Shown here piece after piece: positions 1-12,823 of a stretch of 64,000 bases of DNA. The DNA is from Utricularia gibba (lineage: Eukaryota > Plantae > Magnoliophyta). The position numbers and the translations under genes were made by a program. Position 1 is the first letter of the stretch. Each line of letters begins with the position of its first letter. The notes below the pieces were generated by a model, which was given only the letters and a program-made list of their open reading frames with translations, was not told the origin of the DNA and searched no databases. The DNA lies in NCBI GenBank assembly GCA_002189035.1, contig CM007989.1:8370001-8434000 (forward strand). Direction: 5' to 3'.

Positions 1-1260
1 TAAATCTGAGATTTGACCAGCGACATAGTCTCCATTACCAAGCAATGGCGAGGAAGAAAGGGTGTTCACCCAATACTTATTCCATAGTAGGTCCAAAAGA
101 TGGCAATCGAGTGATGACTTGAAATACGTTATATCCAGAGAATAATACTGGAGAAAGTACATACCAAATTGAGAAACACGAGGACCAGAAATTAATGAAA
201 AAAGAATTTTTGACATAAAAAACGAACAACAACAACACATATGTATGCATGGACAGCACGTGTTCAAACACCACAATGTCGAAAGGGGATGGGGGACGCT
301 ACCTGCTTACAGTGCACACCAAAGTCTTCAATTTTATTCAGGGGGATTGTCTGGTACTCAGAGACAGGCTCATCAGGTGGCTTGTAACCCTCAGGGTATG
401 TTCTGAAAGCCCCAATTTCAACTTTCCCAGCAGAAACAGTCCTTGTAGGATCAATGACAACAGCAAGAAAGGGCTCCTGGTATTGCTGATTCAGCATCTG
501 TGTCGAGACATCAATACCAGACAGCCAACATCCATAACCAGGATGCGAGTGGTACCACCCAACTACATTCTCCAATCTACCTGCCTTTTAAACGTCAAAG
601 AAGAGACCGATTACAAATTCCGTGTTGCAAGTAGAAAATTCCTGGTTATCACCCTCGGGAATGAGTTAAAAGAGATAAAAAATCAAGTTAACACGCATAA
701 GAGAAGACAACGCCAATAAAGTAAAAAAAAAAAATTCCTTCAGCATCCTCTTTCTTGTGAAGGAATTAATTTTTTTTTTCCTAACTTCCGGTTTTCATCA
801 GTCATACATCAATCAAAGGTAAATCGAGAATACAAGAAACGCACACCTGTTTGTTAGTCTGTGAATAATCCACCATGTACTCATAAGCATCCGCCTGCGC
901 ATTAACCCTAGTCTCAGTCCCCTCAACTGGCAAGGCAAAAGCATCCATCACAATAATAGCATCCCCGTCCGTCTTCCCCTGCATAAGCCCCATCACCTCA
1001 ATTGTCCCACCGGAGCGAGCATGCACCACCATTTTCAGCAGCGCCAGCGCAGAAACCTTGACGCGCTTGAAGTAATGAGGGTCATTCGCCCACGGCTTAT
1101 CCTGTTGGACTTTGGCCTGAGCCACCTCATCGTAGAAGAAAATACTGTCCGACGCGGCGGAGGATGGCCCGGCGGCGCTGCTCCCGTCTGTCGTCGCAAC
1201 GATGTTGTTCTCCAATTCCCACGTCTGCCGCGCAATCGCCGACGAACTACACGTATCCAT
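1..1260 (-). CDS. CSN5: COP9 signalosome subunit 5 (JAMM metalloprotease); 3' end runs off the window
   Basis: Exons 1260-847, 584-303 and 147-<1 have GT-AG junctions and read [19 protein letters not shown]...EVMGLMQGK...[16 protein letters not shown]...[33 protein letters not shown]. The JAMM motif is intact. Confidence 0.97.
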
Positions 1261-1685
1261 CCGATTGCGCAGACAAGGAAATCACCACACGGAAAACAAA
1301 GAGCACCGTTTCACACAAATCACAGCTCGAAGAATGTTGAGAAACCCACACACTTCCGGTTTCTGCAACTCGCGTCCACTCACTTCCTGCAATTGGATTG
1401 CTACCCCCAAAGTAAACATTATTCACGTCGCACCCCAAAACTTAAGCAAATAACAAAGCGGCCCCCAAAATTGATCAGTATTCAACATTCGGGAGTTGGC
1501 TTGAATTCCAAATAATTTAATTCAAATTCCAGACTGACAGCGGCTATCAGTAGCACATGTCTCTATTCTACAAGAGAATATGATTCTGAGCAACTTGGCT
1601 TCCTCTAAAGCGCTAGAGTACAAGGGGAAGAGCTATGGCAACTTCCACACACCTGCTATGCTTCCTACAACAGCATACATGGCCA

Positions 1686-4600
1686 TCATTTACCTCTTCC
1701 TGGTCTGGAAGAGGTTTGCTTACTCGACCTCCTGGATTTTGGCTTTGAGGGAAGAATAGGGAGCGGCAATGATTCATGTCGCACACCCAAAGAATCCTCA
1801 AAACCCATAACTGCCTCCATCACAACAGGGACTTCTTCCATGTTGGTTTCATTGAGGACAGAGTCACCTTCAAGATTAGGAGTGCTGGAAGGCCTATTCT
1901 CGTTTGAAGGGTACGGAGCATTGTTATTAAGCTCGTGCTCTTGACTGTTTTGTGTAGCATCCACGTCTGCAGGCATGCTGGAAACAAGGTGTCTTCATTC
2001 ACGCAATGAAAACTACAAAAGTAACTGGTTTTGTTTCTTTATAGAAAAAACAACAGTGCTTATCCGTTTACCTGGACATGTAGGTCGAGAAACCATTTGT
2101 AGTATTAGGATTTGCAGCAGACTCTGTTGTTGGTTCATCGATCTTAAAAGACAGCGCATCTGAAGGAAAGAGAGTTGGATGAATGAAAATAAGGAGGGTT
2201 GTTAATACAACTGAGAGCCACTGCAGTAGAAACACCAAAGTGCTGTGAAATGGAGTACCAGTATGGTTTTCCTCGGCAAAGCTTGGACTGTGTGAACGCA
2301 TTAATTTTGCTGCAGCACATTCAGCTTCTGCACCAACAGCTTCCTGATCCTGCGAAAATAACAACCGTAGAGTTTTGGTAGGATTGAGTTGCACATGCCA
2401 TTTTGTCATCCACAGTACAATAGCGGATTGCAACCTTAGACTGGGACGCTGCACCCGATGGAAATAACCCATTTGCAGTGTCATCTTGTCTCGACTCCAG
2501 GGCTGCGAGGACAAGAAACTCCGAAACATTATATCAGGCACAAAAAAACTGGGCACTTGATGAATATCTATAGCAAGCCAACCTGAAAGTGAAGGACCAG
2601 CTCTCGTTCTAGCGTCTAACAATGCACTGATGGGATGAGTTTGCTTTATAGATTCATGTTGAACCAGGCCTTGCCCGCTAATCAATGATGCTTTTCCATT
2701 TCCGAATGATTCACGAGGCAGTGCCACAGAAAATGATGAAGGGTCTGCTTTATAAGATGAAGCACGCAACAGATCATCTATGGCCTTTGATCGAACCTTC
2801 CTCTTCTCTTCCTCAATATTCCAGGAACCAGAGGAAAGATAACTACGCCTCATATTCTAAAAAAAACAAAGCAAAACAATTTTTTTTAAAAAAAATTTTA
2901 AAATTACACCATCTGCTTTTATACACCAATAAAGAAAAAAAAAGGCTATAATAAGGAATAGGTAAGAAATAACACCTTAGATGAAGAAAAAGAGTCATAA
3001 CCAACTGTACGAGGTGGATCTTCATCGAAAAACTTCTTTATAGTTGCCAGCGGAGTTTGCAGTTCACTGCGCTTTGTAGGAGATGCCCAAGGTGCCCTTT
3101 CCTTCATATAGGATCTTGCCACATCCATAGGAGAACCCTCCCCATGGCCTGCCTGCATTACACAAGTAAGCATGAATGTTTGAAGAACCATCGGGAGTGC
3201 AAGTAATACGAGTAAAATGCCGAACATGATCAATGCTCGAAGTGCTACACGCAATGTCCCCAGAACCCAACTTAGTCGCAGGAGTCGACGCCCCTTCTTT
3301 TTTATCTTGAAACCACCTTTTAGCCTCCTGGATAGCTTTGTCATGTAAATCACCATGATCTGCTCACGCAAACAGCTCCATTAGTGAATGGAAAATCTTC
3401 ACTAGTTACAACACCTTTGAAAGAACATTACCATGGGCAAATGCATTTGCGGGAGAGCTGCTGAACATATACCTCTCCCCTGATTCCAGAGAGCAGCCTA
3501 CAACTCGTGACTTTAGGGCACTAGTCAACCTATCAAACTCTTCCCTATAAAAAATTGGAAACAAAAAACTGTCATACCAGCAAACATATATCAGATTTTT
3601 CCAATAAATACACCTCTCCCAAAAAACCTAAGGCAGCGGTCAGAAGAATAGACATAGACTATGGTGCTTGGCCCCAAGCGTACACACACTAGGAGGCGAG
3701 GAAAAAGGGGAAACATTAACATTCGGAAAACAGAGGCTGTATAACAGAAGCAAAGATTTGAAAAATTCTGGACTTCCAGAATGAAACATTTACCTGGAAA
3801 AGGTCTCTTGTCCAATAAGCGTCTCAATTAACTGTTTGGTTTGAATTCCATGCATATTTTGCGATGCTACTGCATTTTTCTAACATACAAATAAGCAGGA
3901 TCAATGATTTGATACATTAAAATCTTCGATAAAAATTCATCTAGCATTCTATAGATGTTCCATCATTCATCAAATCTTATATAAAGATTACAGCTTTGCT
4001 TCTTAACGAGATTAGAAACAAAGAGAAAAAAGAAACCCCACATGCCAAATTGTGGAAACAGAAGCTTTATCAAGGAAACTCAAATGAATTGATGCTTTTA
4101 ATGGTAAAAACAATACAAAAGTACCTCGCTCAATGCATTAGATAAAGGGAGACTGTCATCAAGATCGCCGTCTGCTACGAGATAAAGGGGATGAGAATTA
4201 AAAAAAAAAGGCATTTTACATCAGAATTTACGGCAAATGCAACCTCAAGCGCCATAAGTGAGCCGAGCACTTTATTCATCTCTTAATTTTTAGCAACTCA
4301 TCTCTCAAACTTTTTCCCTAACTGTTTACTATCCTCTTTTCGCAAACGCCATAACCATCTCTAAAGCATCCGCTACCTGACCAGCCATTCCTCTACAAAA
4401 TCCAGGATTTACACCACGTAAAACTACCCATTGCCACAAGCATAGAGACTTCAGTCTCAAGCGTAGCAGAATTCGTATTTAACGTGAAAATTGGGCGAAA
4501 TTGAAGCCAGGTAAAATGCATGAAAAACAGTACGCATTGAAGCCGAAAGTAAAACCCTTCACCCAAGCAAATTTGGGTACGATTAACCCAAACCTGAAGC

Positions 4601-4819
4601 ATCGCTGTCGCTTTCGGACGACGAAGACTCGGACTCGGATAAGATGGAATTTATAATTTTTCCGGCACCCGAAGCAAGCCTGCGGGCTGAGGGAAGCACA
4701 ATACGCGTAAGCCAACTTGGGTTCTTCGTAGGGCGGTCGTACGGCGTCGTTGCGAGGCGCTGCTCCCGGCGCTTAGCGACAACTTTCCCGCCGACTCCCG
4801 ACCGAGAAGTTGTCGCCAT
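1686..4819 (-). CDS. KAKU4: KAKU4-like nuclear envelope protein (NUP1/NUP136-related), multi-exon
   Basis: N-terminus GGKVVAKRREQRLATTPYDRPTKNPSWLTRIVLPSARRLASGAGKIINS plus an acidic Ser tract matches the KAKU4 N-terminal motif as recalled. C-terminus is basic (SRPGRGK*). Internal exon boundaries were not all resolved. Confidence 0.8.
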
Positions 4820-5059
4820 CGTTGGAAAAAAGAAATCCCGATTGAAGTGGCCGGGAAGTGCGTCGATTATCCGCTTCCGGATTCACCGTTTCGTATTTCA
4901 TTACCGGATTTCGAGTAAACACAATGGCGTTTATGTCTTTTCACGTGTCCGTTATTTCTTTCTCCCTGGAGGCAGGACCTAACTTGAAATACGCTTGTAC
5001 ACCACCCAGCCAGAATGCTATCGCCGTCCCTTTTTCAGACGCCGAAAACTCTACGGATC

Positions 5060-6300
5060 CCAAGCTGCTCTGAAAACACGATCGCCTGAGCGCCGGCGGT
5101 TTTTGGCGGAATTGTTGCTGGGCTTTCAAAAACTTTTTTTTTATTACTATAGCCCTCGTAGTTTTTCCCGATACCGGAGTTGCTTCCGATGGATCAGTCT
5201 GTAGGGTGACGACGTATCGAGCCGCCAGGATTCGTTGATCCTAGAGAAATTCAATTCCAGGATCCCTAGTCTCGGTTAGTACCGTCCTAGAGGCTATACC
5301 TTGTTTGATTCAAATAAAGCCTCCGAGGATCCTTTTGAATATTAAATTGAGTTGAGTGGTACTGGACTCCGCCACCGCTTTGCTACGACATGGGCAGACA
5401 TTGTCAGTACTGTTATGGAGCTTCAAAGGATGGGACTCCGCATATCCTCAAGTTAAAGGAACTTGCAGGTCCTAACTTTCAGGTGAGTATTATTAATCCT
5501 GTCTTGTGCGGTGGGACACAAACTTCTGTTATTATTTCCCTAATGATGTAGATGCCAAGGGAGATGATATGCATGCTGAAATTTTCCTTGTGAGGTCAAG
5601 ATTCTCTCTTGTGAACATTTAAAAGCAAATGCAGCCCCTTTTTCTTGCAAATGTGCTATGATTATCTTTCTTCCTTTTTTCAAGCCCATTTTTAATTGAA
5701 ACATCTCAGTTGTTAAGGAAAATCAGCGGGCCCTATATTGACCTGGTTGCGATGGCTGCATACCCTCATGTGGATGAAGTGCATATTGTTATGAGGCCAT
5801 ACGCACGAGAAGCCGCGGATGCTTATGGAAGATTTCTGGAGCACGCTTCTAAGCATCATCACCAGGTACGCTGCCATTCTCTTGCAAATTCGGCATTGTT
5901 TTCCCTTCTTCAACATACTGTGCCTGAGTGGTGTTTAGAAGTAGATAGATTTCCTATATTACCCTGAAAGCAGATAACAGACTCATTATCTAAATGATGA
6001 TGGTTCAAGTCATGAGATGACAAAAGTTTCTGGCAACAAAAGAGCTAGTTTGGCCATCTGTATGTATCCAAGAGCATCTTGTAGCCTGCTTGATCATCCC
6101 TTGGTGAATCTCCGCTTCATCTTCTAGGCCTCTTTAATGCTATCTTTGCCTGCATTTTTACCGCCTCCAGAATCTTGCAGCTTCAGCTTGAGTTTTGATC
6201 TTAGCAATGGAGTTTTGATGGCATGGACCTCTCCCCGCCCCTGCCTCTGGTGATTCCTGTAGATAGTCGTCTCCCCTCAGATACCATCTTTTGATCCATT
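5060..6300 (+). other. Spliced-looking transcription unit of unknown product
   Basis: A series of donor-like sites (CTCG|GTTAGT ~5275, TTCAG|GTGAGT ~5485, CCAG|GTACGC ~5866) and acceptor-like sites (~5551, ~5710, ~6128). No continuous recognisable ORF. Confidence 0.3.
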
Positions 6301-7201
6301 GTTCCCTGCTCTGTGGAGCCTGGAAAATCAAGCCAATGATTTCAAATGGTATTATGTGTAATGGAAATTCGAAAATAAAATCTTTTTATTGTTTCACATT
6401 TTTTTTATTTCAAATAATAAATAATAAACGGCTAGTTGGCACTGGCATGGGCTGGATTGTCGCCCCGAAACGCTTATGGTATGGAGCCCATCGTGCGCAT
6501 CGAAGCCTAGCCCAAAAATGCCTCTACAGTAGGCCCAAGTTCTACTTCCTCTCTGGCGATTCTGTTTCTGGTTCATTCCTGCTTCAAGAGCGCACGTCAA
6601 CTCCTCAGCAGGATTGATCGACCGCACAATTGAAATTTCATGGTTCATGCGTAACGTGTGCATCCTTCCTTTTTTGTATGGCTATGCTGAAGCGAGCCGG
6701 TTTCTTGGTAAGAGTCCTGAATAATTTGTTTGCTTATATTGGAGTTTTTTTGTTTGTGAAGTGCAGTGTTTTCGATCTCAGTGTTGAATCTTTGAAAATT
6801 TTGATATCTTCGTTTAATTTCTGCTGCATTCGAAAATGCATTTGATGCTGTTTTATTATGGGTCGTGTAATTATCCCATTGTGCTTCCATGTATGTTGGC
6901 TACAGAAAAGAAACTATTTGCTGATCTAGGTTTACATAAGTTTCACACATCTGATCTCATCCTGGTGTAGCCACATGCTTTCAGTTTTCATTTTTTTATG
7001 AGACGATTTGTTCATTTTAATTTGTTGATTTTTTTGCCTTGTCGTACTGGGAGAAAGTAACCGTTTACATCTCAATGGGGTTTTCTTTCACAGAATGAAT
7101 TATTACGCTATGGTTCTTTTTCTTCTCCTTCATGCTCATTTTCAACAAAATCAAGTGTTAATGGGATTGAGGGAATTTTTGACCGAGAAAAACTGAAGAT
7201 C

Positions 7202-9265
7202 ATGGTAAACGAAGAGAGATGGGATGAATTTAGGGCAGTGGCATTCTTTGATTCTGTTCTTGCACCAGTTTTAATATCTGGAGTATTGAATGATCTCAAA
7301 CAAGAACCTGGATTAGTTTTGAAGGTATTCAAGTGGGCTGGTTCCCAAAATGGGTTTCAGCATACTACCGAGAATTATTGTATTGTGTCTAACATTTTGT
7401 ATCATTCAAGGATGTATGATGAGAATCGTGACCTTCTCCAAAAATTGGTCCATGTAGATAGGAGGCATAGGCATTGCCGGAGACAATCTCATTCTTTTTG
7501 TTTTTCTTCTTCTTCTATACTGGAGGCTTTGTGGCTGACAAGAAACACCAGCACTCGATTTGATCCGGTATTTGATCAGTTATTCTTTACTTTGGTGCGC
7601 ATGGGAATGCTGGAGGAGGCTAGGAATTGCTTCATAAAGATGAAAAGCTTTAAAGTCTTTCCCAAATTGCAGACCTGTAATGTTCTCTTGGATAAATTAT
7701 CGAAGGTAGGAGATGGAGCATTGGCGAAGAAATTTTTCAGTGAGATGATTGGTGTTGGAATGAGCCCATCAATTTACACTTACAGCATAATGATGGGGTT
7801 GCTTTGTAAGGAAGGGAACATGGAAGTTGCTATAAGTTTGCTCTTGAAAATGAAGGAAATGGGTGTCACTCCTAATGTGGTGACATATAATACACTATTG
7901 GATGGTTATGGAAAGGTTGGAGAATTAAGTAGGATGGTTGACATGTATGATGAAATGCAGGAAAGTGGTTGCTCTCCTAACATAATTACATATAACACGC
8001 TGATTAATTGCTTTTGTAAATGTGGGAAAATGACTCTGGCATTCAATTTTCTTAGGGAGATGAAAGAAAAATCTATTCGACCTAATGCTGTAACTTATAA
8101 TACTATCATCGATGCTTTTTGTAAGGAAGGAATGCTGACACAAGCTATGAAGTTCTTTATTGACATGAGGCGAGTTGCCCTGTTTCCCTGTGAAATTACT
8201 TTCAATACTTTGATTGATGCTAACTTTAAAGTGGGAAAGATTGATGATGCTGTGAAGCTTGTGGCTGAGATGTTAGAAGCTTCTCTTAAGTTAAATGCTT
8301 TTACATACAGAATACTTATTGATGGCTTTTGCAAGGTAGGAAAGCTCAAGGAAGCAGAATTTGTGTTCATGAATATGCAGAAACACGGATTGGAGCCTGA
8401 TGTAATGGTCTACAATTCAATGGTGCATGGGCATTTGAAAGCAGGTAATGAGGGGGAAATAGAAAGGCTTCTTAATGAAATGAAGGAAAGGGGCATAAAA
8501 CTAACTATTGAAACGTATGGATCGTTAATCAATGGTATGTGCAAATTGGGATTTATTGAGAAGGCAACTGAGTATTTGAAAGATATGCAAGCTAGTGGTC
8601 TGCAACCTGATGTTTTAGTTTATGCATCCTTCATCTTGGGTTTTGGTAGCCTGGGAAGATTTGATGTTGTGGATGACATTTTGGATGCAATGAAAGCAGA
8701 AGATATTGCCTTGAATGATGTAATATACAGTATACTTATTGACTCCTATTTAAAGGCCGGGAAAGAAGAAGTGGCAGCAAGGTTGCTTAATGAAATGCAG
8801 GGAAGTGGTATTACTCCATCGATTGTGACATATCGCACATTAGTCGGCGGTATGTGCAAACTTGGATTCATCGAAAAGGCAACTGGGCATTTTCAAGAAA
8901 TGAAAAATAGCGGTATACAACCTGATGCTTCTGCTTATTCATTATTAGTTCATGGCCTATGCCATAACAAACGGGTTGAGAATGCTATGAAGATACTCAT
9001 GGAAATGCTACAGAATGGGTATGCCAAAGAAGCTATGGATCTGGTAAAGAAATTCCAGGGAGATGGTGTGGTGTTTGATCCTAAGGCCTATGGTTGTTTA
9101 ATTTCTGGTCTCACTAGATGTGGACATTCCGAGCTCGCAAGAGTCTTGCTGAATGAGATGACTGCAAATGGAATGGATCCCAATAACGTTATTATTGATT
9201 GTTCCAAATCTAGACCTGAAGAGTGTGCCAACTCAGGAGAGAATGCTTTGATAATTGAAATGTGA
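7202..9265 (+). CDS. EMB2794: P-class pentatricopeptide repeat protein, At2g02150/EMB2794-like (probably mitochondrial)
   Basis: 687-aa intronless ORF of tandem 35-aa PPR motifs. FDPVFDQLFFTLVRMGMLEEARNCFIKMKSFKVFPK and AFCKEGMLTQAMKFFIDMRRV match At2g02150 as recalled. The frame is also open upstream to ~7061, so the true start is uncertain. Confidence 0.88.
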   Translation: MVNEERWDEFRAVAFFDSVLAPVLISGVLNDLKQEPGLVLKVFKWAGSQNGFQHTTENYCIVSNILYHSRMYDENRDLLQKLVHVDRRHRHCRRQSHSFCFSSSSILEALWLTRNTSTRFDPVFDQLFFTLVRMGMLEEARNCFIKMKSFKVFPKLQTCNVLLDKLSKVGDGALAKKFFSEMIGVGMSPSIYTYSIMMGLLCKEGNMEVAISLLLKMKEMGVTPNVVTYNTLLDGYGKVGELSRMVDMYDEMQESGCSPNIITYNTLINCFCKCGKMTLAFNFLREMKEKSIRPNAVTYNTIIDAFCKEGMLTQAMKFFIDMRRVALFPCEITFNTLIDANFKVGKIDDAVKLVAEMLEASLKLNAFTYRILIDGFCKVGKLKEAEFVFMNMQKHGLEPDVMVYNSMVHGHLKAGNEGEIERLLNEMKERGIKLTIETYGSLINGMCKLGFIEKATEYLKDMQASGLQPDVLVYASFILGFGSLGRFDVVDDILDAMKAEDIALNDVIYSILIDSYLKAGKEEVAARLLNEMQGSGITPSIVTYRTLVGGMCKLGFIEKATGHFQEMKNSGIQPDASAYSLLVHGLCHNKRVENAMKILMEMLQNGYAKEAMDLVKKFQGDGVVFDPKAYGCLISGLTRCGHSELARVLLNEMTANGMDPNNVIIDCSKSRPEECANSGENALIIEM

Positions 9266-10365
9266 GGAACATGGATTCCCCCCATCTCTTGTTCAATATG
9301 GCCATCCATATGCAGACGATATGGTTGCTGAACTTTTATGGTCTTGAGTAATGCAAGCAGAAAAAGAAAACCTTCCATTCTCTGCTGTTCATGGTTTCCC
9401 TCTTTCTGCGAGGGCAGTGATACTGAAAATGTGAAACCGACATTCGAGAGAAGTCAGCAATACCTGGTATACCGAGCTGAAAGGTACTAAGCACATTCAT
9501 TTTCAGTCAGTCCTCATTTGTTATCTTCTTCATTTCTTTTGTATTCACCAGGTATAGAGACCAGTTACCCAACTTTCAAACTGACGTTTTTCGGCAAATC
9601 AACGTGGATGAGACCCACATCCATCATACCTCCATTCTTTTTGAGAAATGTATGCTATGATTCTCCAATATGTAAAGGTTTAATTATCCCATAAATTTTA
9701 ACCCTGGATGTCTGTCTTATCAGGTGCTCAATTGGGCAGTAGAGTCAAAGGAACCCCCAGTGTCTGAACTGCACACTTGAAGGCCTTCAATAATCACTCA
9801 AGGGATGAGGTTGTACAACATATTGTAATTGGAATCCTGCTGCATTTTTTGGAGAAATTTCAGGAGTTACCGACTCTCCTTTGAATATGCAGAATGCAAG
9901 TTCTGCCTTTGCGTAATCAGGAGTTAGCTCATGGCTCATGCCCAAACTCTATTAACTTTCAACCAAATGTGAAACCGGAATGTGCAAAACTTATTGCAGA
10001 GAAGTAGAATCCCATTGCCGGTTACAAAAAAGCACAAGATCTAACCACTTGGTGTAACAGACACACGTACTTCGGGAGATTCAGCCTGTGCAACACACAT
10101 CCTGCCATTACCGACCCTTATTTTTGGTTGGTTCAGATGTACGCCAAAAAAGAAACATGGGGAATCAGAACAATCCCCCAAACACTCACCCAGCAACACA
10201 GCAACCTCAAATGCATTTAGATATGCTCATTAACATTTCCCTTATCAACCACACAATCAATGATTTACAGAAGCAAACTCAATAGTAACACATAATGCGA
10301 CTGATACGATAGGAGCTGATGAAGGTGAACAAATTGCAGATAAAGGCAGCATCCATGAGCTGCAG

Positions 10366-11318
10366 CTACTCAATGACAGCAGCAACTTTGCCATCTGTTT
10401 CTTCTTTCAGGTAATCTTCACGGGCATTATCGACCAGCATCAAGGCAACCAACCAGAAAAGGCAAGAATCAAGCGACAGAAATGCTCCTCCTCCGAGAAC
10501 ACCGGTTTTCGCTGTGGGGCATGCGGTCTCCAGGTTGTGATGAATGTTTCGAGCCTGGTGGATTTGCTCTGTCACTGTAGGCCATAGCAGCATGGCTGCT
10601 GCCAAACCCGTTGTTGCCCTTTTACAAACAAACCAGACATCAAGAACAGCAACAAGAAAACAGGCAGGCAATTGTGTAGTAAGGGGGTACAGAAACCATG
10701 AACAGAGACATGAAATATGATGAGGAATATGTATGAACTTACAGGGCTATGTTTAGAAAGACAAGAAAACCCTTGTTCCTGAATAGAATTGCCCTGGGAA
10801 CAGCCTTCCCTTTGTAGGGGTAGAATACAGCAAAGTAGCCAGCCACGGTTGTGATAACAAGGAATGCAGTTGACAGGTATCCCAATACAACAGTGGGATC
10901 AGATGGATATTTGCATATCACTACATCCTTCCCAGGGATCTTAATACCGGCCGCAGGCTGAAAAAGCAAACAAACTGGATGCATAGGCTTTTGAAATGTA
11001 CTAAGAGCCTCATAACAACAGTCTTGGATAAAAAAAAAGTATGCAGTTGCAGTAACATCCATCCATTCACAAAAATAAATAAATCCAAGAAAAGGTTAAC
11101 ACCGAAATTAATGGTGCCACTAGGAGAGTATCCGATGCCAGTTTCACTATCAAGATCGAATCTTGAACATCAGCAGTACAGCAACAACCGTAAGCGAATT
11201 CCCTAAAGAATGAGGGAAAAGAGGAGACCTTTTTGTTTTCAGCGATGATGCCGAGGATAAAGGATATTATTCCAAGGGTTCCCACAATCGTAGCCATCTG
11301 CTTGATTGTAAAGGCCAT
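10366..11318 (-). CDS. DUF1218 family membrane protein, 3 exons
   Basis: Exons 11318-11229, 10957-10743 and 10618-10366 read MAFTIKQMATIVGTLGIISFILGIIAENKKPAAG...CKYPSDPTVVLG...CPTAKTGVLGGGAFLSLDSCLFWLVALML. Confidence 0.9.
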
Positions 11319-12071
11319 CGCTCCCACACACGACTGCGAGAAATCCACGAGAGACCAGTAAAACTGCAATGAAACCCTGGAATCAGAATTAGAGAGTCAT
11401 CATCTCTTTGTGAACTACCAGAAAAAGAAGAATTCCACGTGAATGATGGAATCAGATTCCTCCTCCTCCTCTTCTCTGTCCAAAAGTTCAAACTGCTATG
11501 AAGGGTAGAGGCGTCAACGACGGGACGTGTAGATGAGAACTTACCCGCTGACTGCAGTCTCCCTTCCCAATCAATCAGACGAAGATTCTTGAGATTCCCC
11601 CCTATTTTAAGGTGGGCTGGAGATGCGTATCCTGGTAGATTGATTACTCGTTACTTGCAAAAATTCGCCTCTTCCATGGACCGGGTCGGGTCGGAAAATG
11701 CGGTTCCCGGTCGGAAGAGGAATACTGGGAACTGGAAAGCTCTCGTCGTCAAACAGCACATTTCCTAATTCCCAAAGTAAAGTAAACGTAGCTTGTTCTT
11801 GGCATTTCGCACACACTGCTTTGTAGTTTGTCCTAACATTATTCACTTTTACATGGCATTTCATATGCATTCGTTTACAAGATCCTGCCTTTGTGCTTAG
11901 AAGATCACACTGACAATAAGAGCATAGTCGCTTCTCCCAATGTTTCCAAAGCCAAAGAGTAGCTTTGTTTCAAACGACTAACAAACACACCGGGAAATGC
12001 AGTACATAGCAGTAGTAAAAGTTTTTAAGACGAGAGTCGAACTGGTGGAAGTCCCAGAATGGTTCACGCAT

Positions 12072-12823
12072 TTAGTCATCTGAGCCACAGGATGTCTCAC
12101 CAGAGGATGAACTCCCCTTCCTCATTTCTTCATAAGCCCACTCAAGGCCAGGGCAGTAGTGGAGGGGTGGATTGAACCTGGTGTCATTGATGTCGCCTGG
12201 CAGAAACGCTCCGTTTTCGATAAGGAATCTGATTGCTTTCCGTTTCCTCTCTTTAGCAGCATTATGAAGAGGAGTCCCTGCAAACCAAAGAGAGCAAATA
12301 AGAAAACAGTCCTGATGAACGAAAGAATGTAGTATTGCCTACATCCACAGGCGCCCTTTGTGCGTGCATCAATATCTGCTCCGCGCTCAAGCAGTTCATC
12401 CATGACTTTGATGTGGCCTCCCTTAGCAGCAAGATGGAGAGGGGTCACACCATGCGATTTTGGTCCCCAGGCAGCTACGTTGACATCCATTCCTTCATCA
12501 AGGAGTCGTTTTACCTGACAGGTCATCCAATACATCTCATGGCTTCTTCAAAAAAAATGGAGCTTTCTTTTTGTATGAATCTGGTTAATGTAGAACATGC
12601 CCAAATGCTATTGATTCTTGATGAACAGATACGAAGCAACAGAGTAGCTAGAATGTAAGAATCCACATAGAAGGCTAGGATAAATTGCTTCAGAGCATAC
12701 CTCTTTGAGATCACCCTTGCGAGCATACATGTGAAGCAATGTCCAGCCGCGATCATCCCTGTCCCATTTAGATCCACGAAATCTCGGTGATTTTCTTAAG
12801 GATTCCACCTCAACCTCCAGCAT
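12072..12823 (-). CDS. PIA1: Phytochrome-interacting ankyrin repeat protein (PIA1/PIA2-like)
   Basis: DDRGWTLLHMYARKGDLKEVKRLLDEGMDVNVAAWGPKSHGVTPLHLAAKGGH...GACGWTPLHNAAKERKR...RFNPPLHYCPGLEWAYEEM; 3 exons. Confidence 0.92.
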
